Assembly: GCA_951406725.2 (NCBI GenBank)
Contig: OX597827.1
Coordinates: forward strand, 68,138,001 to 68,202,000
From: Octopus vulgaris
Lineage: Eukaryota
DNA length: 64,000 nt
Direction of reading: 5' to 3'
The position numbers were made by a program, and so were the translations under genes. Of the stretch, positions 13,692 through 26,574 are shown piece after piece. Every line of letters begins with the position of its first letter. Position 1 is the stretch's first letter. The notes beneath the pieces were generated by a model. That model saw only the letters and a program-made list of their open reading frames with translations. It did no database searches and had not been told where the DNA came from.

Positions 13692-13759
<68 letters not shown>

Positions 13760-13890
13760 CGATAGGCTTCTTTCAGTTTTCGTCTACCAAATCTACTCAC
13801 AAGGCTTTGGTCGACCCGAGGCTATAGTAGAAGACACTTGGCCAAGGTGCCACACAGTGGGACTGAACCTGGAAACATGTGGTTGCTAAG
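13370..13890 (-). mobile_element. OK-like SINE carrying a 74-bp internal insertion
   Basis: Family match; 25-bp duplication (13476-13500 and 13575-13599) flanks the insert. Confidence 0.85.
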
Positions 13891-13930
13891 CAGCACAGGG
13901 AAACGGCGATTATCTGTGAAGATGGCGCAC

Positions 13931-14009
<79 letters not shown>

Positions 14010-14452
14010 GTGTAAGCTCTGCATAATAAACTGTTGGAAGACTAATTATTTGGCTGAGTGGTTGAGAAGTTCGTCTCGTAATCAAACGGTTTTGGTTTCA
14101 GTCCTCACTGAGTGGTGCCTTCGGCAAGTGACTTCTATTATATCACTTGATCTTCCAATTGTTCGTCGGTGATTTTCGTAAACGGGAACTGCAGAAGCCA
14201 ATGGTATACATGTGTATGTATATCATGTACAAAAGGGGTGCTGGTGCTGAAAAGTTCTTGTCTTTGGGTAAAGGAAAATACAAGAGGATCAGTTAATTAT
14301 GATTTTATTCAACATATTTTCCTCTGGAGTTCACGCACTTATTGCATCGGTCCTTCGGCTTTTCTAAACCCTTTAAAAGAGCTCGGTAGATTGGGTCTCT
14401 AACCAGGCCTTTCGCTATACTCTCAAAAGCCAGAAGCTTTTCAGCAAACCCT

Positions 14453-14499
<47 letters not shown>

Positions 14500-14511
14500 A
14501 ATGAGAGAAAC

Positions 14512-15080
14512 TATTGGGTTGTCCGGAAAGTTCCTGCCGATTTTAAAGGAAAGAAAAAGGTCAATAAATACTTGTCATTACATTTTTAATCAACCAAATA
14601 TGAACCATTTTGTTGCACAATGGGACTCCATCTTTCCTTTACCTTGAAAGTACCCTATTCCCAGAATTGAGGTGGTTTCATGGCAAAGAATTCATCAAGG
14701 TATCTTTTTACGTCGTCCAAGGAATTGAAATATTTACCATTAAGACTATTCTGCAGAAACCTGAATAAGTGGAAATCCGAAGGAACAATATCTGATGAAT
14801 ATGGAGGGTGGAGTAACACATCCCAGCCGAGCTGCAGCAATTTTTGTCTGGTTCCCAAAGCATCAAGTGCCGAAAAGGAACTTTCTTATCTTCCATTTTA
14901 AAAGGTTACAGAATTAACACAGGTTATAGGAACATAAACCCTTTTCCATGAAAAGATAGCTTAAACTGTGCTCTAAATGGAGGTGTAGTCAAATCCTATT
15001 TTATGGACTCAACCATGTTCTAAAATAAGTCGAAATGTAAGCTATTATGAATCGGCACGAACTTTCCGGACAACCCAATA
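14512..15080 (-). mobile_element. Internally deleted mariner transposon
   Basis: TA + TIR ttgggttgtccggaaagttc(c/g)tgccgatt at both ends; N-terminal MEDKKVPFRHLML fused to C-terminal LGWDVLLHPPYSSDIVPSDFHLF (YSPDLAPxD motif). Confidence 0.95.
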
Positions 15081-15275
15081 CATACAAACAGTTGTTGGCG
15101 TTTTTATGCTCGTAACTTAGCAGTGCAGCAAAAATGAAATGGATCGATTAAATTACTCGACTTAAAATATAATTGGGATCGATTTGATCTACTAAACAGT
15201 ACTGCTGCTTATTTATTTTTTTTTTTTTATCTCAAAACGTATATTTCTGATTATAACGTATGCATATGTTAATGT

Positions 15276-15607
15276 GTGGAGTCGCAATGGCCCAGTGGTT
15301 AGGGCAGCAGACTCGCGGTCGGAGGATCGCGGTTTCGATTCCCAGACCGGGCGTTGTGTGTTTATTGAGCGAAAACACCTAAAAGATCCACGAGGCTCCG
15401 GTAGGGGGCGGTGGAGATCCCTGTTGTACTCTTTCTTTCATTAAAATTTCTCTCATTATTTCTTCCTATTTCTTGAGTAACGCTGCGATGGACTGGCGTC
15501 CCGTCCAGCTGCTGGGGGGGGGGACACATACGCCACAGAAACCGGGAAACCGGGCCCATGAGCCCGACTAGGCTTGAAAAGGCGCATAAATAAATAAAAA
15601 TAAATAA
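15276..15607 (+). mobile_element. OR-like SINE with tail type C (V-domain-like ctgcgatggactggcgtcccgtccag)
   Basis: Same head and body as 215-600 but a different 3' module. Confidence 0.8.
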
Positions 15608-16260
15608 TGTTCATGTAAGCATATTTTCACATATACATACACATACACACACAGATACACTAACAAACATACACACACACAGACAATGTCTGTCAACTTG
15701 TGTACAATAGACCAATGTATTGGTAATTGTTGTTGTTGTTACACGCCCATTACTATAAAAGGTAAACAAATTCAGATTATTGGGTCGATGTATCGACTAG
15801 CACGCTTCCTTCCCTCAGAATTGCCGGCCTCGCATCTAAATCAGAAATTATTATTATTATCATTATTATTATTATCACTTTGATTATTATTATTATTATC
15901 ACTTTGATTATTATTATAAGAAGTCAGTGTCTTGACTACGTTCGACTTACTTTCAGCCTACCTCACCTTCGTCAAAGTCTTTGCCAGTCTGTCCATCTGT
16001 ATGTATGTATGTGTGTGTGTGTTTATATTGACAGAAGACAAAATCTTTCGACAGCTCACCTGGCAGGTGACAGCAGCTCGTAAGGTGAGCGTGGAATAAC
16101 ATCAAAGATTTACTTTTTAACAAACTCAATGAAATCAGCGCCCAGCCAACAAACCGGTAAGACGAAATATCAGCGCACAGCTAGATTTTTTCCAGACATA
16201 ATTGATTTTTTGATCTCTCTCTCTCTCTCTTCCTCTGTTTTATCTATCTATCTATCTATC

Positions 16261-16295
<35 letters not shown>

Positions 16296-16732
16296 TCATA
16301 CATACATACACACTCACAGACTTTCATACAGGGGTGGACAAAAGTAGACGTACTGTTTCTTTATATTGGTGGAATGTTCTTTTCATTTCTCTACTTCCAG
16401 CTATAGAATAGATATCTGAAAAGGCAGCGAGCCGGCAGAAACTCGCTGGGGTCGAGTTTGCCTTTTATTCCTTCGAGGTTCCGAAAATAAATAAGTACCA
16501 GTTGACCGACTAGCATCCTCCCCCAAAATTTCAGGCCTTGTACATATCGTAGAAAAGATGTTTCATTCATTAAATATTTAATTGATTCATTAGTCTACAA
16601 TGGTAAATTGGCGAAAATTATTGTTGTGAAATACGTGCTTCACAATATTTACTGACACCTCACGAACAATTAAAGTTCAAATCGAAAAAAAAAAAATCAT
16701 TTTGTACCGGTTGTTCAAAATTTCTCTCCGCA

Positions 16733-16942
16733 GGGAATTTTTTCCGCACCATCAACACCGAGAGATATTGCTCTAATATCGTCTCTCCATTTGTAGGCCC
16801 ACTCACTGAAAGTGAAATAAATAATGCATGCTTTCAGCAAGATTGAGCTACAGCACATACTTCTCGCATCACCATGGGGCTACTTCTAGAGATTATTTCG
16901 AAGGGACTTTGGTCACCAAGATCGCCTTATTTAACACCGCCA
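16733..16942 (+). pseudogene. Tc1/mariner-superfamily (DD37D/DD41D-like) transposase fragment
   Basis: Translates TINTERYCSNIVSPF...FQQD*ATAHT...ISKGLWSPRSPYLTPP (FQQDGAxxH and WPPRSPDLTP motifs); TIR-like tacaggggtggacaaaag near 16327. Confidence 0.85.
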
Positions 16943-16981
16943 GCTCTTCAGTTATCCGGCCATACACACACATATATATAT

Positions 16982-17152
16982 AAAGTTGTGGTGAAAGAGT
17001 ACAGCAGGGTTCACCACCACCCCCTGCCGGAGCCTCGTGGAGCTTTAGGTGCTTTCGCCCAGTAAACACTCACAATGCCCAGTCTGAGAATCGAAACCGC
17101 GATCCTACGACCGCGAGTCCGCTGCCCTAACCACTGGGCCATTGTGCCCCAC
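16982..17152 (-). mobile_element. 5' part of an OR-like SINE
   Basis: Reverse complement of the 215-390 head and body. Confidence 0.8.
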
Positions 17153-17685
17153 ACTACAGGTGTGTTAGTGTGTTCGCGTCCTGTAACATAGCGTTTCGGC
17201 AAAAAGAGACCGATAGAATAAATACCGGGCTTTTAAAAAAATAATAAGTACTGGGGTCGATTCATTCGACTAAAAATTCAAGGCGGTGCTCCAGCATGAC
17301 CGCAGTCTGACTAAAACAAGTAAAAAGATAAAAACAAAACAGGTAAAAAAAAACCCCAAAATGTATGCACTTGTATATTCTCTTATTCCAGTACTCGTTT
17401 CAGTTAATCAATGGACTGACAGCTGCCATACTGGAGCACCGCATTCTGTGATTTCTGTTTGCAAGTCGTTCGTAATTAACCCATTACTTAATACAGTTTT
17501 TGGATTTGGTTTGCAAGATTCTTTATATGAGTTCGTGCGTTGAAGCATACTCTGTTGTGTCTAGAGAGTCATTTTCTTTTTGTGCCTTATAATTTAACAC
17601 ACTCACCGGTTAAATTTCCAAACAATTTCCCACAATAGTCGAGACTATTGAAAAGATTACAAGATGCAACGAAAATTCCGTCGAG

Positions 17686-18234
17686 GTCGACTTTGCCTTT
17701 CATCATTTCAGGGTCGATTAAATAAGTACCAGTTACGCACTGGGGTCGATGTAATCGACTTAATCCGTTTGTCTGTCCTTGTTTGTACCCTCTGTGTTTA
17801 GCCCCTTGAGGGTTGTAAAGAAGTTGACTTTGCCTTTCATCATTTCAGGGTCGATTAAATAAGTACTAGTTACGCACTGGGGTCGATGTAATCGACTTAA
17901 TCCGTTTGTCTGTCCTTGTTTGTCCCCTCTGTGTTTAGCCCCTTGAGGGTTGTAAAGAAGTCGACTTTTGCCTTTCATCATTTCAGGGTCGATTAAATAA
18001 GTACCAGTTACGCACTGGGGTCGATGTAATCGACTTAATCCGTTTGTCTGTCCTTGTTTGTCCCCTCTGTGTTTAGCCCCTTGAGGGTTGTAAAGAAGTC
18101 GACTTTGCCTTTCATCATTTCAGGGTCGATTAAATAAGTACCAGTTACGCACTGGGGTCGATGTAATCGACTTAATCCGTTTGTCTGTCCTTGTTTGTCC
18201 CCTCTGTGTTTAGCCCCTTGAGGGTTGTAAAGAA
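17686..18234 (+). repeat. Tandem array of four 137-bp internal fragments of the Meta-domain-like SINE
   Basis: Units start at 17686, 17823, 17960 and 18098; all share private variants (catcatttcaggg, ttgagggttg). Confidence 0.95.
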
Positions 18235-18566
18235 ATAGGTATTTCGTCTGTCTTTATGTTCTGAGTTCAAATTCCGCCGAGGTCAACTTTGCCTTTCATC
18301 CTTTCAGGGTCGATAAATTAAGTACCAGTTGCATACTGGGGTAATAAAATAAAATAAAATAAAAATAAGAAAGAAGTGGAAATTTTACCTGTGAGTAAAT
18401 TATAAAACACAAAAAGAAAAATGACTCTCCCCAGACACAACAGAACTTAATAGAGTTAAGTACCTACCTGTGTTTACCTGTTGGTTAAGTTGCGTTCTTT
18501 GTCAATAAAAGACGTAACTCAAAGCTCTAAATGACAACGGTCTATATAAATACAAAGATATACAGA

Positions 18567-18651
<85 letters not shown>

Positions 18652-19399
18652 TTCTTCCCCCTCTCTCTCATATACATTATATACATTCTGCATTTTACTT
18701 GTTTCTCTCATTGGACTGCGACCAAGCTGGGGCACCGTCTTGGAGGGTTTAGTCAAATAACATGCCCCTGGTACATCCCTTGTAGGTCTGATACTTGTTC
18801 TATCTTTTCCTTTTGTCGAACTGCTACGTTACGGCGATGCAAACAAATCAACACCAGTCGTCACACACACACACACATACACACGCACACAATGGATTTC
18901 CGTACAATTTATCTTTGTCAAATTCTCCTCAGCTCTGTCAGGGACTATACTAGAAGATTCTTGCATAAAGCACTGAATAGCAGAACCGATCCTAGAACCC
19001 TTGGGGGTTTCGACACTAACTTCTTTTTTTCCCCAAAACAATGACTATTTCTCCAAATCATTTACAGCTTTGAGATTATATATTAAACCTAATATGAATG
19101 GTGTCTGGTCTGTGTCTCACCTCTGACCTGGAATCGATGAAACAAACTCAATATTGTACAGCGAATGCACCATCAAGGGAACCGAGTAATGCGGAACGCA
19201 ACCATCTTCATTGCGACATAATTTTTTTTAAAAATGCTTCCTAACACAGCTATAATCTCAGCGTTGCTAACTTTGCCTTTCGTAATTTCGGGAACGATGA
19301 GAAACGGAACTATTACAAGATCGGACTAGATGCTTTGCAGTATTTGTCCAGTGTCTTTGGATTTTGACCCCCAACACCTTCGACAACACTGTTTTCATT

Positions 19400-20200
19400 C
19401 TATGTCGGCCCAAGTCGGCGGCTTTTCCATTGTCGTACGACACATTGGCGTCGTAGAAATGGGAGATTCGCACGGACGAGAAATTGCAATATAAATTCTT
19501 GCCTTGGTTAGCTCATGCATAAGCAGACGCATAGTCGACATGGGCCAGTGGTAGCTCTACAATACCAATGGAAGTGCAAGTGGAGCTACATATTGTCGCT
19601 TCAGTAGTACATCCATTGAAACTGGTAGTAATGATGAAAACCCGAGAGTATGTAATATGAGTGAAAAGAAAAGAGGGGTGACACGAGAGTTTTGAATAAA
19701 ACTAGAAAGAAACCCGCCAGCTCTGAGAAGAAGAGATGGCGGCAGCAGCAGCAGCCGTTCAATAATTTGGACCTGGAAATCTCCATTTCCAGCGACTTCG
19801 AGGGCCACCTCCCAGTGGTGTCGAGCGTCAACGAAGAGCCCTCGACTACAACAAGACGACCAAAGTTGTTTTTTTTTCCAAGGTCTGGGGTCTCCCGCCC
19901 CTAAGCTCTAGACCATCACCTACAACAGCAGTAGCAGCAGTAGTGGTGGTGGTGGTAGTAGTAGTAGTAGTAATAGTAGTAGTGGTGGTGGTGGTAGTAG
20001 AGCGAGAAGAGACAGCCCGTCTCAAGTGTAGAGTTTTGTGGTGTATCAGTGAGTGATTTCATGTCAATTTAGTCAAGTTGATTTATCTATTTCTCACCAT
20101 CGAAAAACTCTTTAATTCTGGCATTCGACGCGGCGGAGTGAAGCTCAAATAACCCAGCAGTCATATCTTAACTAAATTTAATAATAACGAAGCAAAGACA
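19400..20200 (+). promoter_or_regulatory. Unique, relatively CpG-rich region; possible promoter or 5' UTR start
   Basis: Free of TEs, contains CAG/GTA/GTG triplet tracts and Inr-like TCAGT near 20046; lies upstream of the donor at 22061. Inference only. Confidence 0.3.
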
Positions 20201-20799
20201 GTTTCAAACATATATATATATATATACACACACGAAAGTATGTATATGTATTTATGGTCAAATAATGAACAAGCGACAAAAGAGACGTTCGTATCAAGTG
20301 GACGGTCGTAGAAACTCGGTGTCACAATATCGCTTTCTGGCAGGCTTCACATTTTTTCTCTCTCTCTCTCTCTCTTTTATTTATTTATTTTGTATATGCG
20401 TAAATGGAATATTCATAAAGAAAGAAAAAAACAAGCAACAAGCAAAAGCCAAACTAAAAAAAAAAATTCTATCCCACCCCACCACCACCAAAACAACAAC
20501 AACATCCAAAAATCTAGCTATCTAAATATGTTATTCGTTCTCGCTTCCTATCTTTCTCTGTCCCTCGGTTTGAAGCCAGACCACCCGTTGGGTCACAAAT
20601 GTGTCTAGTAACAGGACTCTACGGCGATACAACAAGATAGAGCGAGATAGTTAAATGTATGTATGATCGTGTGAGAGCGTATAACACACACACACACTCA
20701 CACTCCCTATATATATATATATATATATATATCATATGCTTGTCTAGTCAGCGGTAATATTAATGTGTCTGAATAGCTAGACCAAGAACGCACATTCTA

Positions 20800-20897
<98 letters not shown>

Positions 20898-20943
20898 CAT
20901 ACATACACTTGTGGGGTTGTATGTACGTATGCATATATATAAC

Positions 20944-20975
<32 letters not shown>

Positions 20976-21542
20976 GTTGTAGGCGTGTATAGTTACATGT
21001 ACATATATATTTGTGCATTTCTGTATGTATGCTTGTTTTTATGTTTGTGTGTGTGTGTGTGTATGTATGTATGCATGTATGTGCGTGCGTGTGTGTGTAT
21101 GTACATGCGTTATTGTGTTTGTTTATTTTCTCGGTCTAATTTAGTTTATTTTCGTACGGCGAAGCGAAGGACTTTCACAACGTAAACCTTTGGAAATACC
21201 AATATAAATAAGCGGGGGGGGGGGGGGAAGAAAGAAAGAAAAAAGGGCAACAACAAGAAACAAAATCGAAACTATCACCTACATCTTCACCATCACTCTT
21301 ACCACCACCACCACCACTACCACCATAACCATCATAACCTTCATACCACTAACACCATCACCACCACCACCACCATCACTTTCACCACCGTCTGTCATCG
21401 TCCTCATATCAACGCCAGAACGATAATCATCATGATCGCCTTCTTCATCGCCATCATCTTCTTCTTCAGTAAGACACCACTACATCTACCACAACTCCTA
21501 CCACTGCCACCACTACCATCATCGTGGTAGTGGTCTCCATCC

Positions 21543-21582
<40 letters not shown>

Positions 21583-21877
21583 TTCTCTTTTTTTTCCTTC
21601 GTTAACCATCCTTACCAAACTACCTTTTCTTTGCCCCAATCTCTCCAGCCTATTCTAATCTCTTAATCTCTTTTGACTTACACACATACACACACACATG
21701 TATGTGTATACACGTCTGTCTGTCTGAGTGTGTGTGTGTGTGTTTGTATATGTGTAAATAGGTGTGTGTGTGTGCTTACATATTATGTTTTATTTTTCAC
21801 CTACATTCCTCAAAGGCTTTTTTCTTTCAAGCACGCTGGTGTATATCTATCTATATCTATATATATATATATGTAAG

Positions 21878-22060
21878 ATGGCATCAATGAATAAAAACAG
21901 TAAAGATATGATAAATGATCCTAAAACATTTCGAGAAAGATTCTCCTTTTCAAATACAGGGCAAATAAAAAATAATATTTATGATAATAAACAGAGTTCT
22001 GTGAAAGAAAACAAAAACGATATCGGTAGGCCATTCTAATATCTATATGCCCTCGATGAG
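21878..22060 (+). other. 3' end of a candidate upstream exon, containing a 53-aa ORF (MASMNKNSKD...GRPF*) and a short MPSM- ORF
   Basis: Consensus donor GAG|GTAAGT at 22060/22061; weaker G|GTAGGC at 22025/22026. Confidence 0.45.
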
Positions 22061-22424
22061 GTAAGTTTCACGAAGCTCTTTCCATCCCTGGTCATAGTTA
22101 TTTCACTTCAGTTACGTTCTTAATTAATAACAGAGATGAAGCAGAAATACAATTTAGATGAAATTGTTCTTTTATCAATTTGAGCGCTTGCGTGCGTGCG
22201 TGCGTGCGTGTGTGTGTGTGTGTCTGTGTTGCTCATATTGTTGTCGTCGTTCTTATTTAGCACTGATGGACAGACCTACGATAAAAATAATGCGTTTCCA
22301 ATAGTAGCCACTTTTTTTGCCTCTTTGTCATATAGTCTAATTAGAATTACATTACACAGTGTCTCATGCCCTTTTAAGAGGACAGCCTGAGAGTTGGCTG
22401 CTATTTTTAGCATACTGAGTGACT

Positions 22425-22935
22425 ACGTAGACGGCCATTCCACGCAGCGGAAACATCGTAGATGAAGTAGGAAGAAGAAGCTGGACATTTGAGCGCCAAC
22501 CATTACTTTACTTCATTGCTGGTCACTCGGTCAGTCCACTTTCAAGTCCAGAATCCGTTTCAGGTTGCGTGGGAGGAAATGTTGAGACGTTGCACTTGAC
22601 TTGCCTTCTTAATAGGGTGTGCTGAGGACGTAAGCTTTGTAGGGTACAGCTTTCGGTGTACACCGTTATAGCTTGTTTAGTCTCCTAAACACTTGTTGGT
22701 CGCCTTGGTAATGTGGAGGTTAGTCATCATTGTACACGTTTATGCATCTATGACTATAAAGAGAAGTTGTCCGTTATGGTGGAGACAAGGTATGTGAATT
22801 CGCGGATTATTTCCAGCTCTCAGTTGCCGATGGTGATGCTAAGCAGCGTAATGAACACTTTGATACAAAAATTTCTTCCGTCTTCAGAGAGACTGATAGC
22901 CCACACTGAAGTCACGGCTGGCAGGCTCTTGTGAT
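22425..22935 (-). mobile_element. Degraded RTE-clade LINE reverse-transcriptase fragment
   Basis: - strand ITIGN*ELEIIREFTYLVSTITDNFS (FTYLGS motif) and RNLKRILDLK, with stops and frameshifts. Confidence 0.85.
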
Positions 22936-22945
22936 AAACACACGC

Positions 22946-22991
<46 letters not shown>

Positions 22992-23155
22992 ATAAATCTA
23001 TCTTTCTACCTTGCTTCCCAATCACATGTTTCTGGGTTCATTCTCACTGCGTGGCATCTTCGGCTGGTGTCTTCTACTATAGCTTCGGGCTTCGTTAATA
23101 GATTTGTTAGCCAGAAACTGAAAGATGACAATCATATATATATATATATATATAT

Positions 23156-23277
23156 ATCACCGTGATCACCGTGACCGACCAGGCTATCAGATGTTGTTAC
23201 ATATCGCTTGTCACAATGCGCTTCGCATTGTTTTAGCCTTCAAATGACGCCACCCCGCTGGCTAAGCGAGCAGGCCA
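23156..23277 (-). mobile_element. Solo 3' tail (type B) retro-inserted into the (TA)n of an OK-like SINE (23005-23515)
   Basis: Matches the tail of the SINE at 43265-43370; flanked on both sides by (TA)n. Confidence 0.8.
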
Positions 23278-23801
23278 TATATATATATATATATATATAT
23301 ATAGGTGTCTTTGTGTTTGTCTCTCACCACCGTTTGACAACCGGAGTTGGTGTGTTTCCGTCCCCGTAAATTAGCCTTGTGCAAAAGAGACCGATTGAAT
23401 ATGAACCAGGCTTAACAATAATAAGTCCTGGAGTCGATTCATTCGACTAAAACAAATTGTTCAAGGTGGTGCCTCAGCATGGCCGCAGTCTAATAACTGA
23501 AACAAGATAAATGATATTCGTGTGTGTGTATGTGTCTGTCTTTCTATGGTTAAAAAGTTCGCATCGTAACAAACTGGTTCTGGGTTCAGTTACATTATGT
23601 TGCGCCTAAGCGATTTGTGTTAGATAGATTGTCCCCATACCTGCACGCAATTCTACACCTCTGAAAAACCAGTAGTTTACAATACACCCTGTAACTTAAC
23701 GGTTTAACAAATGAATATCGATAGACTAAGTATGACGTATAGGTAAATTATTGGGTCAACATGATGGAGATTCCCATGAAAGCAGACCCCCCAGGATGGC
23801 C

Positions 23802-23874
<73 letters not shown>

Positions 23875-23878
<4 letters not shown>

Positions 23879-24073
23879 CCATGTTGAATCGCTAGCTTCT
23901 GCACGCATTTTTTTTCTCTCCTTGTTTCTTTTCTGTGTATCTTTCTGTTGAAGAGCGTAGGCTCGAAACGTAAAAGACTTGTTTTATTTATATTCCTGAG
24001 CGCCATACTAATACAATTGTTTGTTTGTACACCACCTGCCTTCGTCTTTTGTTTATTTTCATAAAGCTTCCCG

Positions 24074-24075
<2 letters not shown>
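23875..24075 (+). mobile_element. Penelope-like pseudo-LTR fragment with a minimal hammerhead-like motif (23940-23977)
   Basis: TCTTT-CTGTTGA-A-GAGC GTAG GCTC-GAAA-CG-TA-AAAGA; bounded by (TA)n. Confidence 0.6.
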
Positions 24076-24124
<49 letters not shown>

Positions 24125-24983
24125 GTGTGAAGTAAAATTAATAAAACAGAGATCGTTCTTACACCCTGGGATATAAACGTAAAATTATTGATTAAATTTC
24201 CTGGCCAAAAGGCCACCACTAGTTTAAGATCCAAGTTTCTTTCGAAAATGTAATGAGCAATTATTCTGGACCTTCGGAATTTTCAAAATCGTGGAGTTAC
24301 CTGTTCGACAGAACTTGGTAAAACCACCGAGAATAAAGTCCTCAAAATGTGTGTGTGTGTGGGGGGGGGGGTTGAGTTTTCTGTCCTCAAAACAGCTTGA
24401 AAACCGATGTTAGTTTGTTTGCATTCCTCTAAGTTATTGACTCGGCAAAAGAGAACGGCAGAAAAAGTATTAAACTTACAATAAGCACAGTGGTCGATTT
24501 GCCGAACTAAACCCAGCAAAGCGGTGCCCCCAACGTGGCCACAGTCAAACGATTGAAACACGTAACAGCTAAAAGAATGATATGGACAGGGATGGCGTTT
24601 CAGTCGTTGTTACTCGGGTTCGAACCCTGCCGGACGCTTTGTATTTTTTTTTACTTAACCCAAAACCATATAAGTAAAATTTGGTAGAGAGGAATAGTCT
24701 GGAAACCTGTTGGATGGATTTTACCTGTAAATTAAATCTCCGCCCACACACCTGCCTTCTGACGCAATCAGATTGACTTTCGCATGAGGATTACGTTAAG
24801 GATACACTTGTCCGTGGAGTACTCGGCCACTTGGGATGTTTGTTGGGTAGTTTAATCGAACAGGTGGAATATTTACCGGCAAAACTACCTGAGGATTAGT
24901 TCGCGCTGCATTTCTTTGGACCTGTATATGTACCTGTATGTATATGTATGGATGAAAAAATCACACACACACTCACATACATA

Positions 24984-25124
<141 letters not shown>

Positions 25125-25126
25125 TT

Positions 25127-25312
25127 TATAGAAGGAGCTTCTACAGGACTAGAACTGTTTCATTCAAAAGAAATCATCAGGACTGATGATTTCATTTGAA
25201 TGAAACAGTTCTAATCCTGTAGAAGCTCCTTCTATATAACAAATTAATTTACTCTGCTATGTATTGAGTACCTTATTTACTGTGGTTAACCCCGACTCAA
25301 CCCGGGACCTAC
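25127..25312 (+). mobile_element. Penelope-like fragment with inverted 5' duplication (110-bp palindrome 25127-25236)
   Basis: 54-bp arms, 2 mismatches, 2-nt loop; CTGATGA...GAAAC boxes start at the symmetry axis. Confidence 0.6.
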
Positions 25313-25351
25313 ATATATATATATATATGGCTATGCAAAAACATGCATGCA

Positions 25352-25382
<31 letters not shown>

Positions 25383-25440
25383 GGCTACGTTAAAACATGC
25401 ATATATATATATAGTTCTAGACAGGGTCATTACATGCACG

Positions 25441-25471
<31 letters not shown>

Positions 25472-25929
25472 GTACATATATACACGCATATGTATATTCA
25501 TTTGTATATGTTTATAATAAAAATTGTATATAGACTATGTTGCAGTTTGTAGCATTCTTATACACACAAAACACAGAAGCCTGTCATGTGTGTATGTATT
25601 TTCATATCTATGTATATTATACGTGCGCGCGCGTGCACATGTGTGTATAGTATGTTTTATGTAAATGTGCTTACGTTTATGTTTGTATGTAAACACAAAC
25701 TCGTATGTGTATATAATTGCTTACTCGTTTATATAAACGCACACACATACACACACATGAATTTATAGACATCAAGGTCGCTATCAAAGATCTGGTGCTA
25801 AAATCCCAATCGCTTTTAGTGTCTTTTAACGCGGCAATTCGACAGAAGGAATCGATAAACGAAGTGAAAGAATTAAATATATATATATATATATATATAT
25901 AAGTATATATGTATATATATATATGTATA

Positions 25930-26012
<83 letters not shown>

Positions 26013-26574
26013 TGGTGGTGGTATAGTTAAACACTATAGTGCTGCTCCAGTATGACCGCAGTTCAATGAATGAAGTCTGTATAAGAATTAATATGTGCAT
26101 GAGTGAATATATACATATATATATGCACTCATGTATACATCTATGTATTGGTATGTAAGCGTATGTATATGGTTGTATATGTGTGTGTGTGTGTATATAT
26201 ATATATATGTATATTTATAAATGAGCGTATGTATGAATGGATGTGTGTGTGTGAGTATAAATGTATGTATAAATGAATGTATGTATGAGTTTTGCGTATA
26301 CATACATATATATATATAAATATATACATGTATATAAATATATATACACACACACACAAACATGTCTATATAGGTATATATATATATGTATATGTATGTA
26401 TATATATATATATATACTCACACACATTCACACATGTCTGGTCATACGTCTATTTCTGTCCATATATATTGCACGTGTGTGTATACATAGTCATTGCATG
26501 TGTGTATATATATATATATATATATACACGTGTGTGTGTGCATGTATATATATGAATATAATGCATATTTTAAG

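Noticed and set aside
17686-18234. CRISPR-like regular repeats (also 12385-12720 and 35568-35770)
   Set aside because: No unique spacers, no cas genes, eukaryotic context
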